53,812 nucleotides of DNA, taken from contig CAZLEV010000002.1 of NCBI GenBank assembly GCA_964558645.1, positions 409,450-463,261 of the forward strand, in the 5' to 3' direction. The translations under genes were made by a program, and so were the position numbers. The notes below the pieces were generated by a model. That model worked only from the letters and a program-made list of their open reading frames with translations, ran no database searches and was not told the DNA's origin. The DNA comes from an uncultured archaeon (GTDB taxonomy: Archaea > Asgardarchaeota > Thorarchaeia > Thorarchaeales > Thorarchaeaceae). Shown piece by piece: positions 1-10,599 of this stretch (position 1 is the stretch's first letter; each line of letters begins with the position of its first letter).

Positions 1-219
1 TCAAATCGACCGGGGATTCCCCCCATCGTGAAACTCACTCTCTCGGCACCACCTCCCTTTTCCTCGATACCGGGCCGAGGAGCATCTATCGAAGCAAGTT
101 TCCGACCAAATGTCAGCGATATATCCCTAGATGATACCATGGCTCTGTGCGATTGGTTGGCAACGGACGATTTGTGGTGATTATATCCATTAGTCGGTAC
201 GACAGAATGGCTGAAGAAA

Positions 220-2311
220 GTGAGAGACTCCGACCATCGTAGCCTCAAGGTGACCAAGAACATCTCGAATATCTCTCAAAGAGACTCCCTTAGCAAGCAA
301 GGAGTGACATCTGAAAGAAAGAGGCGGCTTCCGATATCCTTCGAGAAGAATAAAACTAAGCACAAGGAACCAGCATCATACCACAGCGAGAAAAAGAGGT
401 CTTAGCAGTCTTTCTCCAAACAAGAACTACGATATGCCTATGAGAAATATAGAGGAGCCCCGCTCAAGGTAAGAATCGATGACATGAGAGATGTTAATCG
501 CTTACTTAAGACTCATCAAGCAGAAAAGGAACGTCCTCATTTCTCGGACAATTTCGAGAAAGCGGGAATCTATTTCAAGGTTCGTAACGACTGGTCACTC
601 ACACAGAAGGAACTCGCAGCGAAGCATGGTGTTTCCCAAAGCGGCATTGGCTTGTGGAGAAAGGGGGAAGGAACAACGACTAGTGAGTAAGCTGAGGGAA
701 CGTGAGGAGGAGAAATTACTGCGGGAGTGGGCAATGTCAACTCCACTTGAGCAACTTGAGAGAGCGGCAATCGAGTACAAGGATTTGCACAAAGAACGGC
801 CTCTGGAGCCTCTGAAATCAGAAGGTGCAGATGTGATGAGAATAGGCTCCGATGTCATCAAAGAAGTATTAGGAGAATTAGATAGTGAAGCAAACGATAT
901 TGAAAGACTGACGAAACGAATTGAAGACCTCTACTTACTGAACAAGGCCGAGTCACGAGTTTACTACTGCAATCTCACACCAGCCTATCATCAGAAAGAA
1001 ATCCGAAACTTAGAGGAGTTTCTCAAAGCCCATCAAGAAAGCATCGAAAAAAAGATCATCGACCGACTTGGATTGGAAGACCAAGAGAGGGAATTTCGGG
1101 TGGGAATGGCTGAGAGTCGTTTCTACATATGGATTCGCAACAACACGCATAAGGACATAATGAATGCGTGGTCAACTTCCTATTATTATCCCAAGGATGA
1201 AAGGGAATTCTCTCGATTGTCTAGGAGAACCTTAGAGAATCTTGGTTTCAATCCAGAGTCCGAAGCATCTCGTCTTGCATATAATGAGCTGTTGGACTGG
1301 ATACTATCAAGAACGGATGATGAAAAGATTAGAGAATCAAGACATCTTCATGATTCAAGAATCCAGGGAGAGGCACTGCGATTCCAGATGGATGTAAACG
1401 GTCTGAGTGTGAGATTTCTTGATGGAAAGGTTGAGAGGATCACTGGCATCAATGGTCAGGGAGGAATTGAGGCCCCCAAATTCCTAAGGGGAGAAGAGTT
1501 TGAAATCGCTCGTGCACGTCTGATGGTGTCAGTCTTGAGTGATGGACATATCACCGAGGATAGTAAACTGGAGTACTACGACGAAACTCTCGACCGTGCC
1601 GAACGTTTCAGTAAGACACTTCAGAAATTCGGAAATGTTGCTCACACTATCGCATACCGAGAGGGTAAAGGCGAATACCGTGTGCACGTATCCACTGTCT
1701 TAGGAAGAATGCTTGAATCTTGGGGAATTCCCCAAGGGGATAGGACAGTTCAAAATCCTGAATTATCCAGCTTTGTAGTGAACGGGTCAATTGGAGTAAG
1801 AAAGGCGTATCTGGAAGACTTGATACCTGAAGAGGGGTGTTTCCACTCCAGAGGGACATTCGCTTGGAACAGAAGCCATGCACTTCGAGCTGGAAAGGGG
1901 AAGGAACAATATATGCAGGAACCTGCAGTTTCTAGCAAGGCTATCGGACTTCTCAAGAATCATGGCAAAGAGGACACAAGATGTAAGTATCTTTCATGGA
2001 GCGATTTGAGGAGAATGAAAGAATCAAATGATGCCAACATTTCAATTCCCGCATCCGAATTAATCGATGCGGTCAAATCAGAACCTAACAGACTACTTGA
2101 GGGTGAGAAAAGGCTCGCAGAGAGCCTGGGAATCAGAATATACAGACGACCTATTTCAGTAAGGTTCATGGAAAAGACTAGGAGAATTACCGTATGCTAT
2201 GATGCCCGTACGAAAAGCGTTGATGATGCAGAACGATGGGCTTGTCTGTGTCCTCCAAATGACAAACGAAAGAGAGATGCCGTGAATGAGTGGTTGGATG
2301 CTCGGAGGTAG
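220..2311 (+). pseudogene. Interrupted HTH plus LAGLIDADG-like endonuclease-domain protein
   Basis: ORFs 220-405 and 484-690 are in one frame, separated only by TAG 403-405. 484-690 has an XRE-type HTH (LTQKELAAKHGVSQSGIGLWRKG). A +1 shift in the G-run at 663-667 joins it to 491-2311, which has two LAGLIDADG-like helices (RLMVSVLSDGHI, KAYLEDLIPEEG). Confidence 0.5.
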
Positions 2312-2497
2312 CAGTCTTCACACGATAACGAATGACTGCATCTCTTCATCAGTTGAAACAACTGCCAGGCACCAACTCTCATTCTATCCACGCCCTATGC
2401 TAATCAGACGGTTGGTTGCCCATGGACTAGGAATCAATTCTTGAAGCGTTTCGGAAAGAAGAGGAAAGGGAGGGCGAGGCCTCCCGGTACTGTTGTT

Positions 2498-3592
2498 CTA
2501 TTGGTTTTCACTTATGTCATCAGAGCCGCTCACGTACAAGTACTCATCTTGCTGTGACTCACGCCTAATCTTCAGGCGGCTGTCCGAGATCCTTTTGCGC
2601 TCACCCCAGCGACCACGCCACCAGAGACCCTTGTCCTCTTGAAGGTAGATGGGGACCTTCACTGCAGCCGAGATAATCTTCCAGGTGTTGCTGATCACGA
2701 GGATGAAGATGATGACGAACCAGCCAACATCAAAGGGAGTAATGGGCAGGTCCATGATGGTTTCGAGATAGGCGAAGCTGATGAGTTGCCATTGGGTTCC
2801 ATCAAAGCCCCAGGCATAGTCTAGTGGCCAACCGACATTAATCAGAGCCATTGCCAAGATGATCCAGATTCCGCCGAGTACGGCCTCGAATACGAGGTTG
2901 AGATTGTTTTCTCCAGCATAGAAAAACATCGCTCCTTTGACAGAGCCTACAAGCATTAGTGCAGCTACAATGCTCACAACCATACGGAATGGATCCGAGT
3001 AGAGGATGTATGTCTGAGGTAACAGCACGATGATGCCAAAGATGATGCCAAACATCACTTCACCCAAGGCATCGGTTCTGGGTTTTGGCTTGAACCCCTC
3101 GACGCCAAGAGAGAGAACCTCTTCGAGAAAAGTCTTCTCGGTCACCGACTTGTCTTCGAATACCGTTATGACACCGATGATCACCACAACAATGACTACA
3201 TTGACTATAACTATGGAGAGGAGAGTTGACAGGGAGATTGGGCTGAACAGAGAGGGGTTGAATACTCCCACAACATAGGCACCTGCGGCGAACGTAATGA
3301 TGATGCCCACAAACGCTACAATGAGGCGCATTACCGGCAAGAAGTACTCCCTGGGGATTGGACCCCTCTTGGCACCTGTTCCGGTGTATTCATTGGCAAC
3401 CGTCTTCGGGTCACCTAGACGTTCGATGGCCATCAGGACAGAACCCTCTGTCATGTTACCGTTACCTATCTCTTCCGCGTCCTCTATTAGGTGAGTTCGT
3501 ATCTCCAAGAGAGTCTCCTCACTGTCAAGTGGTAGGTAGACCTTGACACGTTCTAGGTATTGATCGATTATTTTCAACGGATCTTTGCTCAT
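2498..3592 (-). CDS. Multi-pass membrane protein with N-terminal HAAS-like domain (PadR-associated)
   Basis: N-terminus IDQYLERVK..EIRTHLIE..AIERLGDPKTVA followed by about 7 TM helices; TGATG-coupled to the PadR gene. Confidence 0.75.
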   Translation of the reverse strand: MSKDPLKIIDQYLERVKVYLPLDSEETLLEIRTHLIEDAEEIGNGNMTEGSVLMAIERLGDPKTVANEYTGTGAKRGPIPREYFLPVMRLIVAFVGIIITFAAGAYVVGVFNPSLFSPISLSTLLSIVIVNVVIVVVIIGVITVFEDKSVTEKTFLEEVLSLGVEGFKPKPRTDALGEVMFGIIFGIIVLLPQTYILYSDPFRMVVSIVAALMLVGSVKGAMFFYAGENNLNLVFEAVLGGIWIILAMALINVGWPLDYAWGFDGTQWQLISFAYLETIMDLPITPFDVGWFVIIFILVISNTWKIISAAVKVPIYLQEDKGLWWRGRWGERKRISDSRLKIRRESQQDEYLYVSGSDDISENQ

Positions 3593-3960
3593 CAGGTTGG
3601 AACCTCCATAATTATCTCGTTCATCTCATCCGTTAGCAGGGACCATATCTCACTCATCTGCGCCAGCGCACTCCTGCCCTGATCACTGACAGTGTAGTAT
3701 TTCTTCGGCTTGGCAGGGTCCTCATGATCCCACTCAGAGGTCAAGAGGTCTCGCTTCTCCATCCTCCGGAGAAGGGGATAGACCGTTCCCTGCTCAAGGG
3801 ACAGAAACTCAGTCCTTTCCTCAAGCTCCTTTACAATCTCATAGCCGTAGGCTCGCCTCTTGCTGAGAAGTGCCATGATAGCCAGAGATGCTGCGCCGCG
3901 TCGAACTTCTTTGGCCCAGCGCTCAAGTTCCTTTTCAACATTCTTCGATTGTTCAGTCAA
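3592..3960 (-). CDS. PadR family transcriptional regulator
   Basis: YGYEIVKEL..GTVYPLLRRMEK..KKYYTVSDQGR motifs; probable TTG start at 3960. Confidence 0.9.
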   Translation of the reverse strand: MTEQSKNVEKELERWAKEVRRGAASLAIMALLSKRRAYGYEIVKELEERTEFLSLEQGTVYPLLRRMEKRDLLTSEWDHEDPAKPKKYYTVSDQGRSALAQMSEIWSLLTDEMNEIIMEVPT

Positions 3961-4128
3961 TTTCTGTTCACTGCCTTCTATGTTTTGTTGACATAACAGT
4001 GTGCACAACGTAACACTGTGTACTACATAGTGCTATGTATGCATTATATATAAGTATTGCTGAGTGGTACGTAGCATCTACCATATACGTTATCTTGAGC
4101 TGCCTATTGGCAGAGAAGGAGTAGAGGA

Positions 4129-4587
4129 GTGCTGAGTGTGATAGACTTGGATGAAACAGTCAAAGTCAAGGTCAAGATACTTCATAAGGACGCTCAAGTT
4201 CCTGCCACAGCAAATGACGGAGACGTGGCATTTGACCTCTATGCCGTTGAAGAGTGTGACCTGCAGCCAGGGGAGCGAAGAGCAATCCGCACAGGCATAG
4301 CAATAGAGATTCCCAGAGGGTACGAGGGACAAGTGCGGCCACGAAGCGGGCTTGCTATCAAACACGGAATCACGGTTCTCAACGCCCCTGGCACTATTGA
4401 TTCAGGCTACCGCGGAGAGGTCAGGACTATCATTGTCAACCATGGCACTGAACCATTCAAGGTGGAGAAGGGGATGAGAATAAGCCAGCTGGCAATAAGG
4501 GCCGTCCCACGAGTAGAAATGGAACGAACGGATGAACTCTCAGACTCAGAGAGAGGGAAGGGGGGATTCGGCAGTACAGGGGTCTAA
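4129..4587 (+). CDS. dut: dUTP diphosphatase
   Basis: AFDL, RPRSGLA, GTIDSGYRGE and RGKGGFGSTG motifs. Confidence 0.95.
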   Translation: MLSVIDLDETVKVKVKILHKDAQVPATANDGDVAFDLYAVEECDLQPGERRAIRTGIAIEIPRGYEGQVRPRSGLAIKHGITVLNAPGTIDSGYRGEVRTIIVNHGTEPFKVEKGMRISQLAIRAVPRVEMERTDELSDSERGKGGFGSTGV

Positions 4588-4893
4588 CCGGTCGCCCTGC
4601 AGCACCCAACTCGCGAAGATAGTGGTCATGACAGCAGGAGGAGGCACTATCAGAAGCATATCGCGAGAGCCACGTCTTATCCACAGTCTCATCTCATTCT
4701 CACGGCATGCCTCGATGAGAGCCACGACCGCGGGAAGCGTCCAATCTGTTATGTCAAGTCGATTAGATCTGAGGTCAGATTCAATGAGTTGCTTGAAACG
4801 CAGAGCTGATCGGCAACTGACGCTTCGACCGAGCTTCTCAATCCTGGACGCTGTGTCACAGTCCTCTGCTTCCAATACAGGGGCAGTTGTCAT
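4546..4893 (-). CDS. Hypothetical protein
   Basis: 115-aa ATG ORF with protein-like composition; overlaps the dut 3' end. Confidence 0.5.
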   Translation of the reverse strand: MTTAPVLEAEDCDTASRIEKLGRSVSCRSALRFKQLIESDLRSNRLDITDWTLPAVVALIEACRENEMRLWIRRGSRDMLLIVPPPAVMTTIFASWVLQGDRLDPCTAESPLPSL

Positions 4894-5023
4894 GTCTTCC
4901 AGTCTGGGTTATCAGTAATAAGGAACCCATTTTTCTGTTGAGCCATAAAACGATAGATAGGTCAAAACGTTTTTAATCGCCAGACGGCAGCAGGGAGAAT
5001 TGTCTGGGACTACTTCCAGAACT

Positions 5024-5131
5024 GGGCCGATAGTCTAGCCCGGCTATGATACCGCATTGACATAAGTCATTGATTTCCAATTTCTTTCAAAGGTGCGGTG
5101 GTCGCTGGTTCAAATCCGGCTCGGCCCACCA
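5024..5131 (+). tRNA. tRNA-Val(GAC) with 30-nt intron (5063-5092) at 37/38; CCA encoded
   Basis: Acceptor GGGCCGA/TCGGCCC; anticodon stem CCGCA/TGCGG; BHB with TTGA:TCAA helix, bulges CAT and AGG, outer AAG:CTT; T-loop TTCAAAT. Confidence 0.93.
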
Positions 5132-5141
5132 CCATCCTCCG

Positions 5142-5639
5142 CTATGGTATCCTCTCACTAAGACCAGACTCAACTTGTTCTAGAGGAAGCGTGTTCTCTC
5201 GGTTCTCGCAGTCTTCACAGTCAGGGTTCTTGCCGCAATTCCTCTCTGTGAGACCCCTATTCACCAACACTTCTGCGAAGTCTGAGGATACTCTATCCAG
5301 ATCCTCTTCCCCGATCTCGGGGATGTCTGAGGCATAGCGCTCCATGAACACGTCAACGATTCGTTGAGCTGTTGAAACGTGTTCCTCTACATTGTCGTCA
5401 TCCACTGCTACTGCAAATATGAGTTCCTCTCGAAGTAACAGAATGAAGGTCAATGGTCCAAGACCAATCTGGTCGACAGAGGTGGTGCTGAGCATCTGGG
5501 CGAAAGTATGAATGGCACTGATCAGGCTGCTTATCATTCTCCCGTCTTCACCGAGAGAGTGGCACTCTCCGAAGTTGGCTGCGATTAGAGCCTGTCCCGA
5601 TTCATTGATGACAAACACGTTTCGAATCATATCTGACAC
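5142..5639 (-). CDS. Longin-like domain protein with C-terminal Cys cluster
   Basis: IRNVFVINESGQALI..SSLISAIHTFAQ..LIFAVAVD pattern typical of Asgard longin domains; C-x5-C-x2-C tail. Confidence 0.6.
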   Translation of the reverse strand: MSDMIRNVFVINESGQALIAANFGECHSLGEDGRMISSLISAIHTFAQMLSTTSVDQIGLGPLTFILLLREELIFAVAVDDDNVEEHVSTAQRIVDVFMERYASDIPEIGEEDLDRVSSDFAEVLVNRGLTERNCGKNPDCEDCENRENTLPLEQVESGLSERIP

Positions 5640-5694
5640 TTCTTGATTTGAGAGGTAGAAATAGCAGCTCGGTAGAACCTATAATTTCATTCGG

Positions 5695-6222
5695 TCAGAA
5701 GAACATCCCTGACCTCATGGGGTACTTCTCCCGAAAGACCTTCTCAGCCTGCAACTCAAGATTCCGCCGAATGCTTGAGATGTCCGGGCTGAGCGACGTC
5801 AAGTCAGGTCTTGTGAGGACTGGCCCACTCAGATAGTGTTTCGCCTTCTGTCGGCCCAAGTCTGACGGATGGATTGGAGTTCTCTTGATGATCTCATCTA
5901 TCTTCGGACGACTGATTTCAGGATTCTCAATACCTCTGATCAGGTCTTCTAGGTCGTTGTTCGTGAGTGACCTCAGTCCAAATTCGGGGGTTGCCTTCAT
6001 ACGCTCAATGGAGGGGCTCTCGCCATCAAGCTCCACCCCGGCTCCTGTGAATCTGCCCGGACCCAGCGGGATGAGGCGAAGCTGATAGGCAGAGGTCGGT
6101 CCAACAACAAGCATATCGCCTACAGGGGTATGAAGCACGCGCCATCCTCTCGGGCGCTCACTGTACTGCTCTAGGATACGAGGAATAACATCCTCCACAG
6201 GCTCCGCATCGGGCAATCTCAT
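5695..6222 (-). CDS. Hypothetical protein
   Basis: 175-aa ATG ORF with protein-like composition. Confidence 0.65.
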   Translation of the reverse strand: MRLPDAEPVEDVIPRILEQYSERPRGWRVLHTPVGDMLVVGPTSAYQLRLIPLGPGRFTGAGVELDGESPSIERMKATPEFGLRSLTNNDLEDLIRGIENPEISRPKIDEIIKRTPIHPSDLGRQKAKHYLSGPVLTRPDLTSLSPDISSIRRNLELQAEKVFREKYPMRSGMFF

Positions 6223-6345
6223 TCAAGGATTCCTTTTCAGTGTATACTCATATTGGTATTGGTTCAGGTGAAGAATCGAACTGACTGGTGAAGCAACTCA
6301 TGTGTCGGGCCGAATCAAGGCTTTCTTGCATTGCATGTGCTAGGA

Positions 6346-6735
6346 CTATGGACGCATGGATAATACTTTCCCGAGGGGGGCAGCTGTTTCTAGACTTCCC
6401 CGCATAAGCCTCACGGACCTGTGCAAGGTGTGGATTCCATCACGCATGAATGAGTCGATGTCGCATACGACATCCTCCCATGGCCTCGATGGGTCGTTTA
6501 GATCCTGATGATCAATGATGTACTTGAAGGTGAGAGGCAGGCCATTCACTTCTACGCCAATGGCCGTGAATGTCACACGACGGATTCGTTGTTGATCATC
6601 TAGGAAGGGACTCTGGAAGTATTCCGGGTCATAGAGAACTACCGCAGCTCGATTGGCTGCCTCCATGAAGTCATCATAGTCTTCTAAGACAAGCGGAGGT
6701 ACGTAAACAGTTTCGCTGTTGCTCATTTTCTTCAC
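6346..6735 (-). CDS. Hypothetical protein
   Basis: 129-aa ORF followed upstream by an AT-rich promoter-like region at about 6835-6900. Confidence 0.65.
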   Translation of the reverse strand: MKKMSNSETVYVPPLVLEDYDDFMEAANRAAVVLYDPEYFQSPFLDDQQRIRRVTFTAIGVEVNGLPLTFKYIIDHQDLNDPSRPWEDVVCDIDSFMRDGIHTLHRSVRLMRGSLETAAPLGKVLSMRP

Positions 6736-6973
6736 CAGTCTGCTGTTCTGCCACTCCCCCCTACCCCTTCATTTCCGATGGAGGGGGAGGAGTAGGACCA
6801 GCCTTCTCTGGGCCTCCCGGCCCGCTACTAACCATATAACAACAAATACATATAAACATATCTATGTATTTTATAATTTCGTCAATTGTTTGATATTATC
6901 GTTGCTTGGAACACGTGTTCTAAGTGCTGTTTGGCGCGAAATGGGAAGTGAATAGACTGCCGATACGGGTTCT

Positions 6974-7441
6974 TCAGAGGGTCCCGCATACTCGCCGGAT
7001 TTTACGGATCTGTTCATGCTTGATATGCGCGAAGTATTGGAAGAGATGGCTGATGACTTCAGACTTTGCACGGGCAGCGATTGATAAGAAGAAGGTATAG
7101 CCCTTGATCTCCTGCTGTAGAGCCTTGTTGCAGATGAATATCCTTGGGTCAGTTTCAGCCCGCACCAAATCGAAAGGAGTCTCATCAGGAGAACTCTCGT
7201 CATCGAACTGGACGGCTTTCTCCACGGCATCCAGTATTCCGGTCATGATCATGTCCTCAATCTCTTCCGCGAGGTTCTCCTCCGACTCTGCAAGTACCAT
7301 CAACAGGGCCTTCGTCTTCGGATTCTCGACAGCCTCGGCAGCATCCGCATAGAACTTGTAATGATTGAGAGATGTTGCCAGCGCAAGATTCAGCATGTGT
7401 TCTACCTGACTCTTCGTACGACTCATCCTGCATTCATACAT
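6974..7441 (-). CDS. Ferritin-like/rubrerythrin family protein
   Basis: Two repeats of A..E..(G)Y.FY...A...K..F..LA..E..H four-helix pattern, partly degenerate. Confidence 0.7.
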   Translation of the reverse strand: MYECRMSRTKSQVEHMLNLALATSLNHYKFYADAAEAVENPKTKALLMVLAESEENLAEEIEDMIMTGILDAVEKAVQFDDESSPDETPFDLVRAETDPRIFICNKALQQEIKGYTFFLSIAARAKSEVISHLFQYFAHIKHEQIRKIRRVCGTL

Positions 7442-7526
7442 CCATACAATATCATGGAGAAATGAGTTTCGGACAGCTGTCCTAGACTTGGAAGGAGTTC
7501 GAAATCACCCAATAAACGGCTCTGTT

Positions 7527-8243
7527 TCAAGAGTTCTGAAAGCTCTCGGGGCTCTCAAGGTACTGCATCAACAGAGCATATTCGTCTCTATCCATGCTGT
7601 TTTCAAGCAGAGGTAGACCCTCGTCAACAAAGTCTATCACGGAATGGAGTCTGAGCCCCTCTGACTTGGCGCGCTCCCTGGCTCCCTGTTGCCGGTCAAT
7701 GAGAACCACAATGTCGTCACACCTGACATCGCTCAACCCTCGTCGTTCCACCTCACTGAGAACCTGCGAACGGGCAATCAGTTTACTATCCATTCCCGTC
7801 ACCAAGTCGTCAACAAGGCAGAGTATGTCGCCATCTTCAAGTCGACCCTCGAGAAGTCTGTGCTGACCATAGTCGGATAACGCCGCTGCTAAATCGGCCT
7901 CACTCCTGATGCCGGTCAGTTTCCGCGTATGACATGCGGGAAGACCTGAGTGTAGGGAGATTGCTGTAGCAATGGGGACGCCTGCAAAGGCAATACCCAC
8001 AACCCTGTTGGCATGTGATACCTTTTCTTCTATCAGAAGTGTCATGGCCTCTGCAGCCATTCTGAGGACGCGGGGATAGGAGCTTATGAGTCGAAGTTGG
8101 ATATAGAATGGGCTCCAGAGTCCTGATATCAAGGTCCAGCCTCTTGGTTGATCACGTTTCGAGGTGAGAAGCATTCCATTGTCGTAGAGTCCTGTCATGA
8201 TCTCGCGCTTCAGCGATAGGGGGATAGTGGTATCATCAACCAT
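7527..8243 (-). CDS. pyrE: Orotate phosphoribosyltransferase
   Basis: TLISGLWSPFYI, GVPIATAIS, PRPP motif LVDDLVTG, VLIDRQQG. Confidence 0.8.
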   Translation of the reverse strand: MVDDTTIPLSLKREIMTGLYDNGMLLTSKRDQPRGWTLISGLWSPFYIQLRLISSYPRVLRMAAEAMTLLIEEKVSHANRVVGIAFAGVPIATAISLHSGLPACHTRKLTGIRSEADLAAALSDYGQHRLLEGRLEDGDILCLVDDLVTGMDSKLIARSQVLSEVERRGLSDVRCDDIVVLIDRQQGARERAKSEGLRLHSVIDFVDEGLPLLENSMDRDEYALLMQYLESPESFQNS

Positions 8244-8340
8244 GATTTCCGCCTCGGAAGAGATTGTCCAGCCATCTCTTAACTGTGCTCCTACCAGTGC
8301 GAGTTCAAAGACTCATATATGTAGAAGCGAACAAAGATGT

Positions 8341-9390
8341 ATGGAAGATCCAGAGATAGTCGACTGGTTGCTCAGGGAAGGAGGACCGTCAGTACATTTC
8401 AGAACACTGGTCGACCTGGTCAGAGATAACGACATGCTGAAAGTGAGCTGTGCTCTTGATGACCTCATTAACAGCCCACTGGTTAAGCTCTGGTTGAGTA
8501 GGCTCGGAGGGGGCCTGTCATTCAAATCCCTCCATTCTGCCAGACCGGATGCGTTTGAGAATGCAATCGGCAAGCTAGTGCAGCTTGGAATGAGAGCCGG
8601 CCTCCAGCCGTTTGACAATCTGACCTTGAAGTATCGGGCTTGGCTCACCGACAACCTGTCTGGCGATGAAAAGGGAGGCGGACCGTTCAAGCACCTCATT
8701 CTAGCCTCATTTCTCAGTTACGCTGGATATCATGACACGACCACAGTTAATGACCTGCTTCAAGGGCGACTGAACTCCCTTCATATATTCGTGACCCAAG
8801 GAGACCTGTCGAACGTCTATGCGTCACCAGAGAGGCAAAAACAGGTACCTAGCAGTTACTCATCCCATAGATTGATCCGAGAAGGATTGAGGGGGAAACA
8901 CGGGCTAGCACTCCCCTACGTCCACGACCTTCTTGGTTTCGGTAGTTCACAGCAGATGCTTAGAGACCCTGTTCAAAGGGCGAAGCTGGAGCAGATTATT
9001 GATATGGTGATGACTGAGGAATATCAGTCGCTCCCACGGGGTTATGGAGTCATAGAGACAGCAGGGATATGTCGGGTCGTCGGATGGAGTATCCATCTAC
9101 CCGAACTGATGGCTGAGAGAGGGGCAGAAATGCTGCTGATGATGGAGCTCCTTGCACCTTTTCAACGAGGCAGAGAGAGCGCATGGTTCAAGGATGCCTG
9201 GCAGATAATCGAGATGCAAAAGACGGAACGAAACACCTACCGATTTCCAACGCGATGGTTGAGAGATCAACCTCGTGGCTATTGGATAAACGGTGCATAC
9301 ATGGCCTTGGGGCGTAGACGAGCAAATCCGATAATCGAACAGGAGTCAACCTTCAGGGTTCTGTGGTTGAAGCACTTGATGGCTCGTTAG
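8341..9390 (+). CDS. Hypothetical alpha-helical protein (prenyltransferase/terpene-cyclase-like fold)
   Basis: IVDWLL..GPSVHFRTLVDL N-terminus and ESTFRVL C-terminus; start taken as ATG 8341. Confidence 0.55.
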   Translation: MEDPEIVDWLLREGGPSVHFRTLVDLVRDNDMLKVSCALDDLINSPLVKLWLSRLGGGLSFKSLHSARPDAFENAIGKLVQLGMRAGLQPFDNLTLKYRAWLTDNLSGDEKGGGPFKHLILASFLSYAGYHDTTTVNDLLQGRLNSLHIFVTQGDLSNVYASPERQKQVPSSYSSHRLIREGLRGKHGLALPYVHDLLGFGSSQQMLRDPVQRAKLEQIIDMVMTEEYQSLPRGYGVIETAGICRVVGWSIHLPELMAERGAEMLLMMELLAPFQRGRESAWFKDAWQIIEMQKTERNTYRFPTRWLRDQPRGYWINGAYMALGRRRANPIIEQESTFRVLWLKHLMAR

Positions 9391-10486
9391 CAAGACCATC
9401 CCCTCCCTGTTCCGACTTGTTCATTCTGCGCCCCTTGAAGATGAACTGGGTCACAGAGAATCGGTTCACAACGAAGATCACACAGGGAACTGAGACGAGA
9501 ACTGCAACAGCAAACCTTAGGCCCCACAAAAGGACAGATGGTTCAAGGGGGAGACCCAGCAGTACAAAGGCAGCTGCGGGAATGAAGAAAGTCACCGGAT
9601 GGAGCTCGTATATCTCCTGTGCGTTTCTGCCTAGAGTCAGACCGATAGACCTCGCCCTCTCAGGGAGGTCTGTCAGGTAACTTGAAACGACAAAGACAAT
9701 GATGGAACCAAGTGTCCCAGTCGCTAGATATAGCAACACTGATTCACCAATCTTATCCACTGCAAGGTCGGTGAATCCGTTCATCTGCGATGCGAGGATG
9801 AGGCACACGCCCAGAAGAATCAGAATCAGAAAATCAACAGAGGAATTCTCAGTCCGCCACGATTTGAAACCTCGCAAATGCCGGATTTCGTTTCCAATCA
9901 GGACGAAAGTGGCAGAGATCAAGATGGCATTCAAGTGCCACGGAACCAATACAGGTGAAAAGAGAGATTGAATCCATACGGCCAGGAGGGGTAACACTGC
10001 AAATAGAGGATACCGGACCCAGTGTGGTTGCTTCCTCAATGCATGGTCCAGAACGACGAACAGAGAGAAACCGAAGAAGAGGACGGGAAGAAACCAGAGA
10101 TGTGTGACTGAGTCAGGAGGACCGCTACCATACAAGAACCAGAACAAGAGTTGGTCAGGGGTAAGATAGGTATCGACATATGGCGACACCAGTGCGAAGA
10201 GCAGCAGCAGCATCGCGTACAGTATGAAATAGGGAATCATGAACTGCCGGCCGCGTGTGAGGAGGAGGGTCTTGAAATCGCCCCGATGTTTCTCGTTGTT
10301 ATATGTGAGCCCTGTTAGAACAAAGAAGAGGGGGATCGTAAAGCTGCTCAGGTGAAGTGTGATGGCATTGATGGTCGGTATTATTGAATGGACCAGCATG
10401 ACAGAGAGAATCCCCACACCCTTGGCCATATCAACCCAGTCAAAGCGCCGGTGAGGAGCGAATACTCCATTCTTCATAGTTTTCAC
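9353..10486 (-). CDS. Acyltransferase family 3 membrane protein
   Basis: RFDWVDMAKGVGILSVMLVH, FTIPLFFVLTG, HLWFLPVLF, IYELH motifs. Confidence 0.88.
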   Translation of the reverse strand: MKTMKNGVFAPHRRFDWVDMAKGVGILSVMLVHSIIPTINAITLHLSSFTIPLFFVLTGLTYNNEKHRGDFKTLLLTRGRQFMIPYFILYAMLLLLFALVSPYVDTYLTPDQLLFWFLYGSGPPDSVTHLWFLPVLFFGFSLFVVLDHALRKQPHWVRYPLFAVLPLLAVWIQSLFSPVLVPWHLNAILISATFVLIGNEIRHLRGFKSWRTENSSVDFLILILLGVCLILASQMNGFTDLAVDKIGESVLLYLATGTLGSIIVFVVSSYLTDLPERARSIGLTLGRNAQEIYELHPVTFFIPAAAFVLLGLPLEPSVLLWGLRFAVAVLVSVPCVIFVVNRFSVTQFIFKGRRMNKSEQGGDGLANEPSSASTTEP

Positions 10487-10599
10487 TCGTCTTCAAACAG
10501 GAGGCTTTGGCAAACTTTTTAACACTGACCTTCGGGGATTTCCTACGGCTTCATTGATGTTGTCCACCGTACAAGGACGCCATCAGAAGCTCGCAAACT

